This document shows, in pieces, positions 9,722 through 17,600 of a DNA stretch of 20,784 nt (the first letter of the stretch is position 1; every line of letters begins with the position of its first letter). Both the position numbers and the translations under genes were made by a program. Source of the DNA: Promethearchaeota archaeon. GTDB lineage: Archaea > Asgardarchaeota > Hermodarchaeia > Hermodarchaeales > Hermodarchaeaceae. Location of the stretch: assembly GCA_048939245.1 (NCBI GenBank), contig JBHLPR010000037.1:1-20784 (forward strand), written 5' to 3'. The notes beneath the pieces are model-generated. The model was not told where the DNA came from, searched no databases, and saw only the letters and a list, made by a program, of their open reading frames with translations.

Positions 9722-10507
9722 ATGCAACCAATCTCAGGACAAGCAATTTACGTCGTCTTACTCCGTGAGCTCAAACGATTCTGGCGAGCCAAAGCCCGAA
9801 TCATTGCGTCAATAGCCCAAAGCTTCTTTTTCCTCCTCATTCTGGGTTTTGGAATCGGAGGTTTATTTGGAGGCGCCTTAGGCGGGAGTTATCTCACCTT
9901 TATTGCCCCAGGCATCATCGCGATGTCTTTACTATTTGCCTCAGTCTTTTCAGGGGTGTCAGTGATTTTTGACCGCCAATTTGGATTCTTCAAAGAGATG
10001 CTTGTGGCCCCTGTTAGTCGTACAAGCATCATAACCGGCAAGATATTTGGCGGAGCAATTACAGCCGCAATTCAAGGAATGCTGATCTTAGTGATTTCAA
10101 CACTCTTAGGTGCCTATGTAGTTGATCTTCGATTTGCCGTCGGAATATTTGCAGGAGTAGGAGTGATGCTCCTTATCACAGCAGGTTTTGTTGGACTAGG
10201 TGTAGCCATTGGCTCAGCCCTCTCCGATTTTCATGCATTCCAGTTGATTACCACTTTTGTCATGTGGCCTTTGTTCATGTTATCTGGAGTGTTCTTTCCA
10301 ATTGATACCGCACCGCTACCCCTTCAACTTGTTATGCTGGCAGACCCACTCTTTTACGGGGTGGAACTGCTACGGTTCTGTCTAGTCGGCTATGTTACAC
10401 CAATCTTAGGACCTTTAGGATCACTAATCGCTCTTGGGGTTCTTGTTGGATTCTCCATGCTGATGATTGCGTTGGGTACCTATTTGTTCTCACGAGCTGA
10501 AGCTTAA
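9722..10507 (+). CDS. ABC-2 type (DrrB-like) permease
   Basis: About six hydrophobic segments with motifs RELKRFWR, DRQFGFFKEMLVAPVSR and LSGVFFP. ATG 9722 follows AGGTGA; the track start is 9710. Confidence 0.93.
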   Translation: MQPISGQAIYVVLLRELKRFWRAKARIIASIAQSFFFLLILGFGIGGLFGGALGGSYLTFIAPGIIAMSLLFASVFSGVSVIFDRQFGFFKEMLVAPVSRTSIITGKIFGGAITAAIQGMLILVISTLLGAYVVDLRFAVGIFAGVGVMLLITAGFVGLGVAIGSALSDFHAFQLITTFVMWPLFMLSGVFFPIDTAPLPLQLVMLADPLFYGVELLRFCLVGYVTPILGPLGSLIALGVLVGFSMLMIALGTYLFSRAEA

Positions 10508-11040
10508 TCAACGGAAAATTCTGGTGCTAGCATTTCGTACAGAAGTAGGTCGTGATACGCTCCTTCGAAGAAGGAAGCCTGGCGGCGCCGTCCACCGGGT
10601 TTAAACCCTATTTTTTCGTAGAGGCGCTGTGCCGCTTTATTGATATCATGGGTGAAAAGTAGGATTCGGTGTAGGTTGAGTTGGTTAAAGCCAAATTGTA
10701 GAAGCAGTTGAAGGGCTTCAGAGCCATATCCTTGTCCTCGGTGGCGTTTCTCGTAGATTACTATCATGAGTTCAGCTCTTTGGTTGATTTTGTTAAGGGC
10801 AAATAAGCTACAGACACCAATCAATTGTCTTGGTTTGAGGGTTTCAATGGCGAAAAAATAGCTTTGGTGAGCTTTTCGTTGGTTCCAGCCTTTTTCTATC
10901 CACTGTTCAATATCTTCTTTGGAAAGCGGGGTGGGATCATCAAGAAACCGTCGGGTTTCTAAATGATTGTAAACTTTGGCAATATGTGGTGCATCCTCTT
11001 TTGCTAAACTGCGAAGTTGAACCATTTTACCTTTGAACAT
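10504..11040 (-). CDS. GNAT N-acetyltransferase, RimJ/RimL (Acetyltransf_3) family
   Basis: RGQGYGSEA acetyl-CoA loop, LNLHRI and N..A..LYEKIGFK. Confidence 0.92.
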   Translation of the reverse strand: MFKGKMVQLRSLAKEDAPHIAKVYNHLETRRFLDDPTPLSKEDIEQWIEKGWNQRKAHQSYFFAIETLKPRQLIGVCSLFALNKINQRAELMIVIYEKRHRGQGYGSEALQLLLQFGFNQLNLHRILLFTHDINKAAQRLYEKIGFKPGGRRRQASFFEGAYHDLLLYEMLAPEFSVD

Positions 11041-11046
11041 TGATAA

Positions 11047-11619
11047 CTACTCCTTAATCAGAGGAAAATGGGAGGGATTTCTTTTTCGGAATTCATCTTC
11101 AAGGATATCCATGAGAAGGACGTCTTTGAATCGCCCATCCTGGAATAGTGCTTGTCGGTGCCGTGCAGAATGTTTGAATCCTACCTTTTCGTAAGCATGA
11201 ATGGCGCGAGGATTGTCCTCATGTACGTAGAGGTATATGCTGTGAAGGTTGAGAAAATTGAATCCGTATCCCAATAGAAGTTTGAGGGCTTCTTTTCCAT
11301 ACCCTTTACTCCAATATTGTTTGTTCCAAATCGCAATTCCAAGCTCTGCAGAACGATTAATTGGATGAATATCAAAGAGACTACAAGTTCCAATTAGAAG
11401 GTGGTTTTGCTTCAATTCAATTCCAAAAATATATTCCCTTCCTTTTTTTCGGTTTTCCCAGGTGTTGCGAATCCATTTTTCTTCTTCTTCCTGGGAAATT
11501 GGAATTGGAGGTCCGAGAAATCGTTGAAATTCAACATCATTGAAGTGTTTGACGACTTCTCCAGCATCTTTTAGTTCTAATCCACGGAGTAGTAGGTTTT
11601 TGCCTGTTATCATTGCCAT
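11047..11619 (-). CDS. GNAT N-acetyltransferase, RimJ/RimL family (paralog of the adjacent gene)
   Basis: WSKGYGKEA, LNLHSI and NPRAIHAYEKVGFK. The start is more likely ATG 11619 or 11613, after GGTGAT and matching the paralog's N-terminus, than 11712. Confidence 0.9.
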   Translation of the reverse strand: MAMITGKNLLLRGLELKDAGEVVKHFNDVEFQRFLGPPIPISQEEEEKWIRNTWENRKKGREYIFGIELKQNHLLIGTCSLFDIHPINRSAELGIAIWNKQYWSKGYGKEALKLLLGYGFNFLNLHSIYLYVHEDNPRAIHAYEKVGFKHSARHRQALFQDGRFKDVLLMDILEDEFRKRNPSHFPLIKE

Positions 11620-11693
11620 ATCACCTGGCATTGAAGCTTGGTTGAACAGAGAATTACTGGAAGGGCTATTTTTCTGTTTCTTATTAGAGGGAT

Positions 11694-12227
11694 TTATTGA
11701 GGAAAGTTCCAACCCATCATTTGGCGGATTGCATGTCCAGTAAAACTCATGACCAAAATGAAAGGCGTGGCGAGAACCAGAAATAAAAGAAAACTTTGGG
11801 CATAGAGCAGGCTAAAGCCAACAACAACTTCCTGGAGAATGGCAACCCAATCTGGAGAAGTACCCCAAATCCATTCATAATGAGGGATGAGTGTTGATCC
11901 GTAGGCAGGATTCAACAGAAGCAGAACATACAGGATTAAGTAATTTACAATTAGGAACAGAAAGGGACCAAGGAAGGCTGCTACAACGACATCCTTTGTT
12001 TCAAAGTTTACGAGGAAACCGATAAGAAATGCCATGCCAGCAAAGGTAAACAGATAGAAGAAGAAGTCAAATGCAGCGGTAGGTGAGAGAGGATTGATGA
12101 GGTAAGTAAATTTTGTACCAAAAATTAAGAAGTGAAGCCAATCGATGCCTATGAGAGCTAAACACATCACTCCGGAAATTACGATGATGTGTCGCCAAAC
12201 AACTTTGGGTGTGATATCCTGTGCCAT
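11694..12227 (-). CDS. Hypothetical integral membrane protein (~4 TM)
   Basis: 177-aa ORF with about four long hydrophobic stretches; no family recognised. Confidence 0.75.
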   Translation of the reverse strand: MAQDITPKVVWRHIIVISGVMCLALIGIDWLHFLIFGTKFTYLINPLSPTAAFDFFFYLFTFAGMAFLIGFLVNFETKDVVVAAFLGPFLFLIVNYLILYVLLLLNPAYGSTLIPHYEWIWGTSPDWVAILQEVVVGFSLLYAQSFLLFLVLATPFILVMSFTGHAIRQMMGWNFPQ

Positions 12228-12490
12228 GTGGTATGCCCCTACTTTCTTATGAAGAAACTAGAATTTTAGAGGATTTCTAGGCTTTGCCTATTGAGTATTA
12301 AAGTTCATGGTTTTGAACAAGTATTATGAATGTTTTTTCATTGAAAAAAAATAGGATTGAGTGGGTGCTAAATTTTACCTTTTGCTGTTCGTTCAGTTCT
12401 AGTTTTCGTTTAGGCTTTCGTTCTATCGAAATAAAGAGTATTTAAGGTTGAAGTTTGTAGAGATAATTTAATGGTTGAGGGTGAATTTGA

Positions 12491-13894
12491 GTGGTCCGAT
12501 TTCGTAAAACCCACTTGTATCTTGTCTGGTGTATTCTCATTCTATCCTTGTTCTTTGTAAATTGGGTTGGACTCAGGGACCGTTATGTCACGCATTCCTT
12601 TTCCACCAACGATGTTACTCAAATCGCCCTTGGGGACATAGATGTCTATAAGCCGGGTTTAGAAATGGCTTATCTGACGCCCTCTAGTGTCTATATCATT
12701 GGTGGGCTTTCCTCAACTCCCTGGCAAAACAGCACATATCAAAACGTTGATTGGGAAATTAATCCCCTGATTGCTTTGACTGTGGGTGATTTTGACATCA
12801 ATCATAAGGGAGACGAAATCGCTGTTCTTATGGAAAATGGTCTTTTGAAAATGATTTATCGAGGATTAGCTATCTGGCACACAGTGGATATTGGTATGCT
12901 TCCGGATGAACCTCCGGTCTGGACCACTAATCAAATGTTTGCTGGTCAACTCATCGCGTCATCCGAAGCCAACGAAATTGCGATTGTCGGACAATATTAC
13001 AATTGGACCACGACAACGTCAAGTGGTCGCATCTATGTTGCGAATCGAGTCAATGACACGATCTGGGAAATTAATCAGATTCACGAAGAACCCACACCAT
13101 TGCTATCGGGTACAGTGGGTGATGTGGATACAGGCAATTCAGGTGAAGAATTAATTGCTGGTGGAGTTGATAACTGCATTTTCTATCTAGGCTATGATAA
13201 TGGAAGTTGGACAGAAACACGGTTTCATCCGTGGCTGGGTCTTAGCAAATCAATTTCAGTGGGAGATTTCATGGTTTCCCATTCGGGAAATGAAATTGCT
13301 GTGGTAAGGGACCAAGACATCTTTGTATTCTATAAACAATCAGGCAATTGGACCAGCTCCACAAGCTGGGTTGCCCGGTTTATGGATGTTGGCATTGAAT
13401 CCGTGTATATTGGTGATATTGATCCCTTTAGTCCTGGTCAAGAGATCTTAGGTGCTGGAACCTCCTTGAATGATAATCAGCCAACGCTGGTAGTATTACG
13501 GTATACATCTCTTTGGGTTCCGACCATTCTCTCAACTTTAGCTGAACCCCCAACTTCCATTGCTGTAACTAATTTTGATTTTAGCCGTATGGGCACCGAG
13601 ATCCTCATCGTTTATTCCCCTCAAATCGCAGTCTTATCGATACCTAATGGATTGGATCGGATATTCCGAGCAGGACAAACCGTACTTCTTCCTGCAATTC
13701 TGCTTCTCCCAGCGACAATCTTGTTATTTGCAGCAGCGGATTATTTAGGACGAGTAGCAGAGGCACGTCGTCGAAACCGCACTCTGGAAATGGTTTCGAA
13801 AGGTTATGTGAAATGTCCAATCTGTAAACGGTTCATTCCCAAGGACAAAGCAGAAGCGCATCGAAGGTGGCACCAAACGATGCAGTTTCGGTAG
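12491..13894 (+). CDS. Single-pass membrane protein: signal/anchor, 7 FG-GAP-like repeats (predicted beta-propeller), TM helix, cytoplasmic C2H2 zinc finger
   Basis: GAGGGTGA RBS lies before GTG. Seven hhhGDhD-x4-G-x-EI-type repeats, TM VLLPAILLLPATILLFAAA, basic RRRNR and CPICKRFIPKDKAEAHRRWH. Confidence 0.85.
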   Translation: MVRFRKTHLYLVWCILILSLFFVNWVGLRDRYVTHSFSTNDVTQIALGDIDVYKPGLEMAYLTPSSVYIIGGLSSTPWQNSTYQNVDWEINPLIALTVGDFDINHKGDEIAVLMENGLLKMIYRGLAIWHTVDIGMLPDEPPVWTTNQMFAGQLIASSEANEIAIVGQYYNWTTTTSSGRIYVANRVNDTIWEINQIHEEPTPLLSGTVGDVDTGNSGEELIAGGVDNCIFYLGYDNGSWTETRFHPWLGLSKSISVGDFMVSHSGNEIAVVRDQDIFVFYKQSGNWTSSTSWVARFMDVGIESVYIGDIDPFSPGQEILGAGTSLNDNQPTLVVLRYTSLWVPTILSTLAEPPTSIAVTNFDFSRMGTEILIVYSPQIAVLSIPNGLDRIFRAGQTVLLPAILLLPATILLFAAADYLGRVAEARRRNRTLEMVSKGYVKCPICKRFIPKDKAEAHRRWHQTMQFR

Positions 13895-13895
13895 C

Positions 13896-15002
13896 TTATG
13901 ATTTTAGAACGCGCCTGGGAAGTTCCTGCAACATTGTAGCCGCATCTTTGATGATGGTATCAATTAGCTCAGCAACGGTAGGTAAATTCGTAATTCTTCC
14001 ACTCACTTCTCCCCCAAACATGAGTGCCGTGTTGGCTTTGCGGTCTAAAAGGTCCATAAATCCTGATTGCTCCAGTTGTAGAATGGCTTTGTTTGATTCC
14101 ACGGGCTCTCCCAGATAGAACCGGGGAGCATCATCCAATGTTTGTTCGACTAACATTTCAGCGCGTTTATTGCGTAGAAACCGCATTGGACCGAACAAAC
14201 CTCGGCCAACTAAGGTTTGACGTTCTTCCCGTGAGGTGATTGCTTCTTTCCAGATAGGTTCGAAATCAGCCTCTTGTGTTGCAATAAACCGGGTACCCAT
14301 TTGAATGCCTACAGCACCTAAACATAACGCTGCAGCCAACGAATCACCGTCACTAAATCCCCCTGCAGCCACAACAGGTTTATTCACAGCTCGAGCCACC
14401 GCTGGCACTAGGACCATTGAATGCACCGGATCCCAAGAAACGTGGGCCCCCCCTTCATGACCAGAAGCCACAATCACATCAGCACCAGCTCGCTCAGCTT
14501 TCTTTGCATGATATACGGAGGGAACCACATGAATCCAGATCAGCCCATGTTTCTTGACTTCCCCCCAGGGCATCGGATTACCTGCAGAGGTAATGAGCAC
14601 GCGGAGACGCTTCTCAATATCTGAGTCGGCTTTCCGTGCTTCGATGACTTGCTCCACAAACATTTTGGAGGCTAGTAAAAATTCTTTGGCTACAGGCACG
14701 TTAACCCCAAAAACACCCTTTGACGATTTTGTCCTCTTGGCTACTGCTTCCATGGATTTTTGTAACAACACTAGGGGCGGATCATCCCCAAATAATCGCT
14801 TGGCATCAATAGGCGCTGCTTCTGGTAACAGAGTGGCCGCCATCCCTATACTGCTAATCACACCTAACGCCCCCGCATTAGAGACAGCAATAGCAAGGTC
14901 CTCGGTCTTGTAGGGTCCCATTCCACCCTGAATAATCGGAACTTTAAGACCCAAAAGGTCACAGAGCTCGGTACGAAGATGCGTCATGTTATAGCCTGCC
15001 AT
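13896..15002 (-). CDS. Nitronate monooxygenase / FabK (enoyl-ACP reductase II)-family FMN TIM-barrel oxidoreductase
   Basis: PIIQGGMG, GHEGGAH (catalytic His region), VVAAGGFSDG and GIQMGTRF. Confidence 0.92.
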   Translation of the reverse strand: MAGYNMTHLRTELCDLLGLKVPIIQGGMGPYKTEDLAIAVSNAGALGVISSIGMAATLLPEAAPIDAKRLFGDDPPLVLLQKSMEAVAKRTKSSKGVFGVNVPVAKEFLLASKMFVEQVIEARKADSDIEKRLRVLITSAGNPMPWGEVKKHGLIWIHVVPSVYHAKKAERAGADVIVASGHEGGAHVSWDPVHSMVLVPAVARAVNKPVVAAGGFSDGDSLAAALCLGAVGIQMGTRFIATQEADFEPIWKEAITSREERQTLVGRGLFGPMRFLRNKRAEMLVEQTLDDAPRFYLGEPVESNKAILQLEQSGFMDLLDRKANTALMFGGEVSGRITNLPTVAELIDTIIKDAATMLQELPRRVLKS

Positions 15003-15044
15003 ATCTGGGTGATTTAAGTTTAAACCATATGAATCAATGAGAGC

Positions 15045-15449
15045 CTATTTAGAGGGCGAATAGGCAATCACATCGATTTCAAGAGCAACGCCTTTGGGTA
15101 GGGTTGCAACACCGATTGTCGTCCGTGCGGGAGGATCAAGATCAAAGTAGTTACTATACGTATCATTGACCACTCCAAAGTCATGCATATTCGTCAAATA
15201 AATGGTTGTCCGCACAATATCAGCTAGATCTGATCCAGCGGCACTCAGAATAGCTTTGATATTTTCCATACACTGCTGTGTCTGCAGTGTGATGGATTCC
15301 GTTACAAACTCACCGGTTTCCGGATTTACCGGAACCTGACCTGCTACGAACAGAAAATCTCCTGCACGAATCGCTTGGCTATATGGTCCAACTGGCGCAG
15401 GAGCGTTTTTGGTAAAAATCCGAGTCTTCTTTGAAGGCATTATATTCAT
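15045..15449 (-). CDS. ridA: RidA (YjgF/YER057c/UK114) reactive enamine/imine deaminase
   Basis: APAPVGPYSQAI, FVAGQVP and PARTTIGVATLPKGVALEIDVIA with the conserved Arg. The start may be 15440. Confidence 0.93.
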   Translation of the reverse strand: MNIMPSKKTRIFTKNAPAPVGPYSQAIRAGDFLFVAGQVPVNPETGEFVTESITLQTQQCMENIKAILSAAGSDLADIVRTTIYLTNMHDFGVVNDTYSNYFDLDPPARTTIGVATLPKGVALEIDVIAYSPSK

Positions 15450-15635
15450 CTCAGAATTTACAAATTAGGGGGAGAGAAAGGATTCTTTGCATGCACTTAT
15501 TATGCTTGCGTTTAAGGTGCTACTTGACTTCGAAAACCTTGACCGAGTGTAAAGATTAAAAAACAGATACTATCCTGTGAAGATAATCTCACATCCCACT
15601 CATAATGGGAGAACCTTAAAGGATGGAAAGAAACC

Positions 15636-15812
15636 ATGCCCCCGAAAGTAGACGAAACCAAATGTACAGGTTGTGGCACATGCGTCGATGTGTGTCCCAG
15701 TGAATGCTTTACCCTGGAAGACAATAAGTCTAAAGTCACAGATCCTGACGCGTGTGTTGAGTGCGAAAGCTGCGTCGAGAACTGTACAGAAGAAGCAATC
15801 GTCTTAGAATAG
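15636..15812 (+). CDS. 2[4Fe-4S] dicluster ferredoxin, 58 aa (not in the ORF track)
   Basis: MPPKVDETKCTGCGTCVDVCPSECFTLEDNKSKVTDPDACVECESCVENCTEEAIVLE* contains two CxxCxxCxxxC motifs. Confidence 0.95.
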   Translation: MPPKVDETKCTGCGTCVDVCPSECFTLEDNKSKVTDPDACVECESCVENCTEEAIVLE

Positions 15813-15951
15813 CCGATTAATTGGCTTGAGACGATTTGCGTACGGTTTACTGGATAGCAGGTTCCCTGTTTTAATTCATCAGAGGGGCTAATGCTCACTG
15901 GTAGTGAATCTCGACTTCTTAAGCCACAAGTTTCTGTTATCCTGTAAAATA

Positions 15952-17148
15952 TTAGAGTGAGGTAGTTTCTAGATTTTTTCGTCGCCTTATTACATAGATG
16001 ATGACGAGAATCACGATAGCAATGATGATGATTACGATAACTATCTCAACGTGGAGTGGAGGCGGAGGGGGGACTGTACACGGAATTGAGATTGTGCCAT
16101 TTACCCCAATCATATCGGTATAGGACCCTGCATTAACGCCCGCCCCGCTGACAGACCCATAAACCTCGATTGCAATTTCGCAGCTTTCGTTTGCAAACAT
16201 TGAGGGGGCTTGACAAGTCCAATGGATTGAGGAAGTTTCTGAGTTGAGGTCAAGTGATGAACTGGGTCCCGAAACAATCGTAAAATTCGCGGGGAGTGTT
16301 AGGTTTGCTGTGGAAGAACTAATGGGATATTGTGAGCGGGAAAAAGGGTCAGGACAGGGACTGGTGATATCAGCCGTGATATTGAAGTTTTGATTGGGGA
16401 GTATGGGTGAAGTATCGGAGGTAATAACAAGAGTCCAGGGTTGTATAATCATCCCCCAGCGGCTATATTGGAGCCAGAGATTATTGATGAGCAAAGTTTG
16501 GTCAATGGTTTCATTGGGACCTTGATAGATCCCTGAATACCAAGGGTCATGGAGGATGAAATTGTTGGAAGTATCATTGTAGCCTTTGAGAACTCGGTAA
16601 TGTCCGACAGAATGACTGGTGTCATAATAGGTGAGGACGAGGAGGGGAATATCGTTGAGGAGGAGAGTTTTCACCGAGGAACTTATCGATTCATAGGAAC
16701 CGCTCCATTGATGCCAGTATGCAGGAAAACCGAACTTACGCATTCCGAATCCGTCAGGAGGAATATCTGTGGCATCACTGAGATAGCTGTAATGTGCGGC
16801 ACGTATCATATCACTGGTATAGGTTCCGGAAATATCTGTTGCAGCAGCCAAAGCAATCTCCGATTGGGCGATATCGGGTCCATAATAATCGAATAGCATC
16901 TCTAGCGCAGCGGGGCCACACCAGACTGATGTAAGTTGTTGATAATAGGGTACTTCAAACTCATAGACAAGGGGCAATGGTTGCCAATTAGTGTATGAAT
17001 GGAACATAGAGGGCTTCGATTCATGAGATTCAATTTGCGATTGGGGAAGTTGAAGCGAAGCTGAAGTCGGTCGAACCAATCCGCTGATTAGTAGAGTTCC
17101 GATTAGAATACAAAAGAGGGCTTGATGTGTTGTTTGGGAAACGTTCAT
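15952..17148 (-). CDS. Secreted, C-terminally membrane-anchored C39-like (papain-fold) cysteine peptidase with an Ig-like domain
   Basis: Signal peptide; VPYYQQ...WCGPAALEML (Gln/Cys), GHYRVLKGY (His) and ILHDPW (Asp); then a beta-rich domain, PPPPP, a hydrophobic TM and RRRK. Confidence 0.88.
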   Translation of the reverse strand: MNVSQTTHQALFCILIGTLLISGLVRPTSASLQLPQSQIESHESKPSMFHSYTNWQPLPLVYEFEVPYYQQLTSVWCGPAALEMLFDYYGPDIAQSEIALAAATDISGTYTSDMIRAAHYSYLSDATDIPPDGFGMRKFGFPAYWHQWSGSYESISSSVKTLLLNDIPLLVLTYYDTSHSVGHYRVLKGYNDTSNNFILHDPWYSGIYQGPNETIDQTLLINNLWLQYSRWGMIIQPWTLVITSDTSPILPNQNFNITADITSPCPDPFSRSQYPISSSTANLTLPANFTIVSGPSSSLDLNSETSSIHWTCQAPSMFANESCEIAIEVYGSVSGAGVNAGSYTDMIGVNGTISIPCTVPPPPPLHVEIVIVIIIIAIVILVIIYVIRRRKNLETTSL

Positions 17149-17303
17149 TGAGACTACCCCTTTAAGATGGCTGTTAGAAAACTAATACCACACAGTAAAC
17201 AAAGGAGTAGTTAAATCTTCATCAACTGAATGAGAATAAGAGCATAGAGGGATTCTGATTATTTTCGACTATACAGATGAGTGAATACAAAGGTGAACCA
17301 TAA

Positions 17304-17338
17304 GCCAAAAAAAGAAGTGGCGCAAAACTCTGCGCCAC
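17304..17338 (-). terminator. GC-rich hairpin followed by a U-tract (minus strand)
   Basis: Minus strand reads GTGGCGCA-gagttt-TGCGCCAC-TTCTTTTTTT, a perfect 8-bp stem at 17331-38/17317-24. Confidence 0.7.
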
Positions 17339-17580
17339 CCAGTAGCGGAATGGGGCAGTCCTAGAACGAGGACATAAAGGAGGAGAGGGGGAGAGGGGAA
17401 TGAAAGACACAGGGAAGGATACCCCATCCTTTCGCCGTAGTAAGTTCGTTTTACCTCGTTTGGTGTCTTGTGCTTGATAACTGTGCTCCCGTCGAAGTGG
17501 AATTGTGCAGAAAGTATGCTCTTTGACACTTAAGTGTGAATTATTGTGCTCTATTCCACCTCGGGGAACTCCCGTTATCC
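17305..17580 (-). ncRNA. Candidate structured non-coding RNA (~275 nt), family unrecognised
   Basis: Nested helices 17574-79/17476-81, 17564-69/17485-90 and 17553-63/17493-503. A second domain is closed by 17463-69/17404-10. There is an upstream TATA and a downstream hairpin + U-tract. Confidence 0.55.
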
Positions 17581-17600
17581 ACGGTTTATAAGGCGTAGGG

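Noticed and set aside
11047-11712. Long N-terminal extension of the second GNAT (start 11712)
   Set aside because: It overlaps the upstream gene and is low-complexity. The RBS and paralog alignment favour 11619 or 11613.
7321-14913. Short ORFs overlapping the pfkB, PadR, ABC, GNAT, propeller and NMO genes (e.g. 9197-9619, 14554-14913)
   Set aside because: They overlap well-supported genes on the other strand or frame and have no independent coding signal.
15512-15898. 128-aa minus-strand ORF
   Set aside because: It is the antisense shadow of the plus-strand ferredoxin at 15636-15812.
17222-17529. ORFs 17269-17529 and 17222-17410 as proteins
   Set aside because: They have GTG starts, run through the pyrimidine tract and terminator hairpin, and look unlike real proteins. 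RNA structure explains the region better, though coding is not formally excluded.
17305-17580. Identification as SRP RNA, RNase P RNA, T-box leader or hammerhead ribozyme
   Set aside because: I find no SRP helix-8 GGAA/AGCAG motif, no RNase P GAGGAAAGUCC, and no CUGANGA core. GGGUGGCGCA lacks the T-box UGGNACC bulge.
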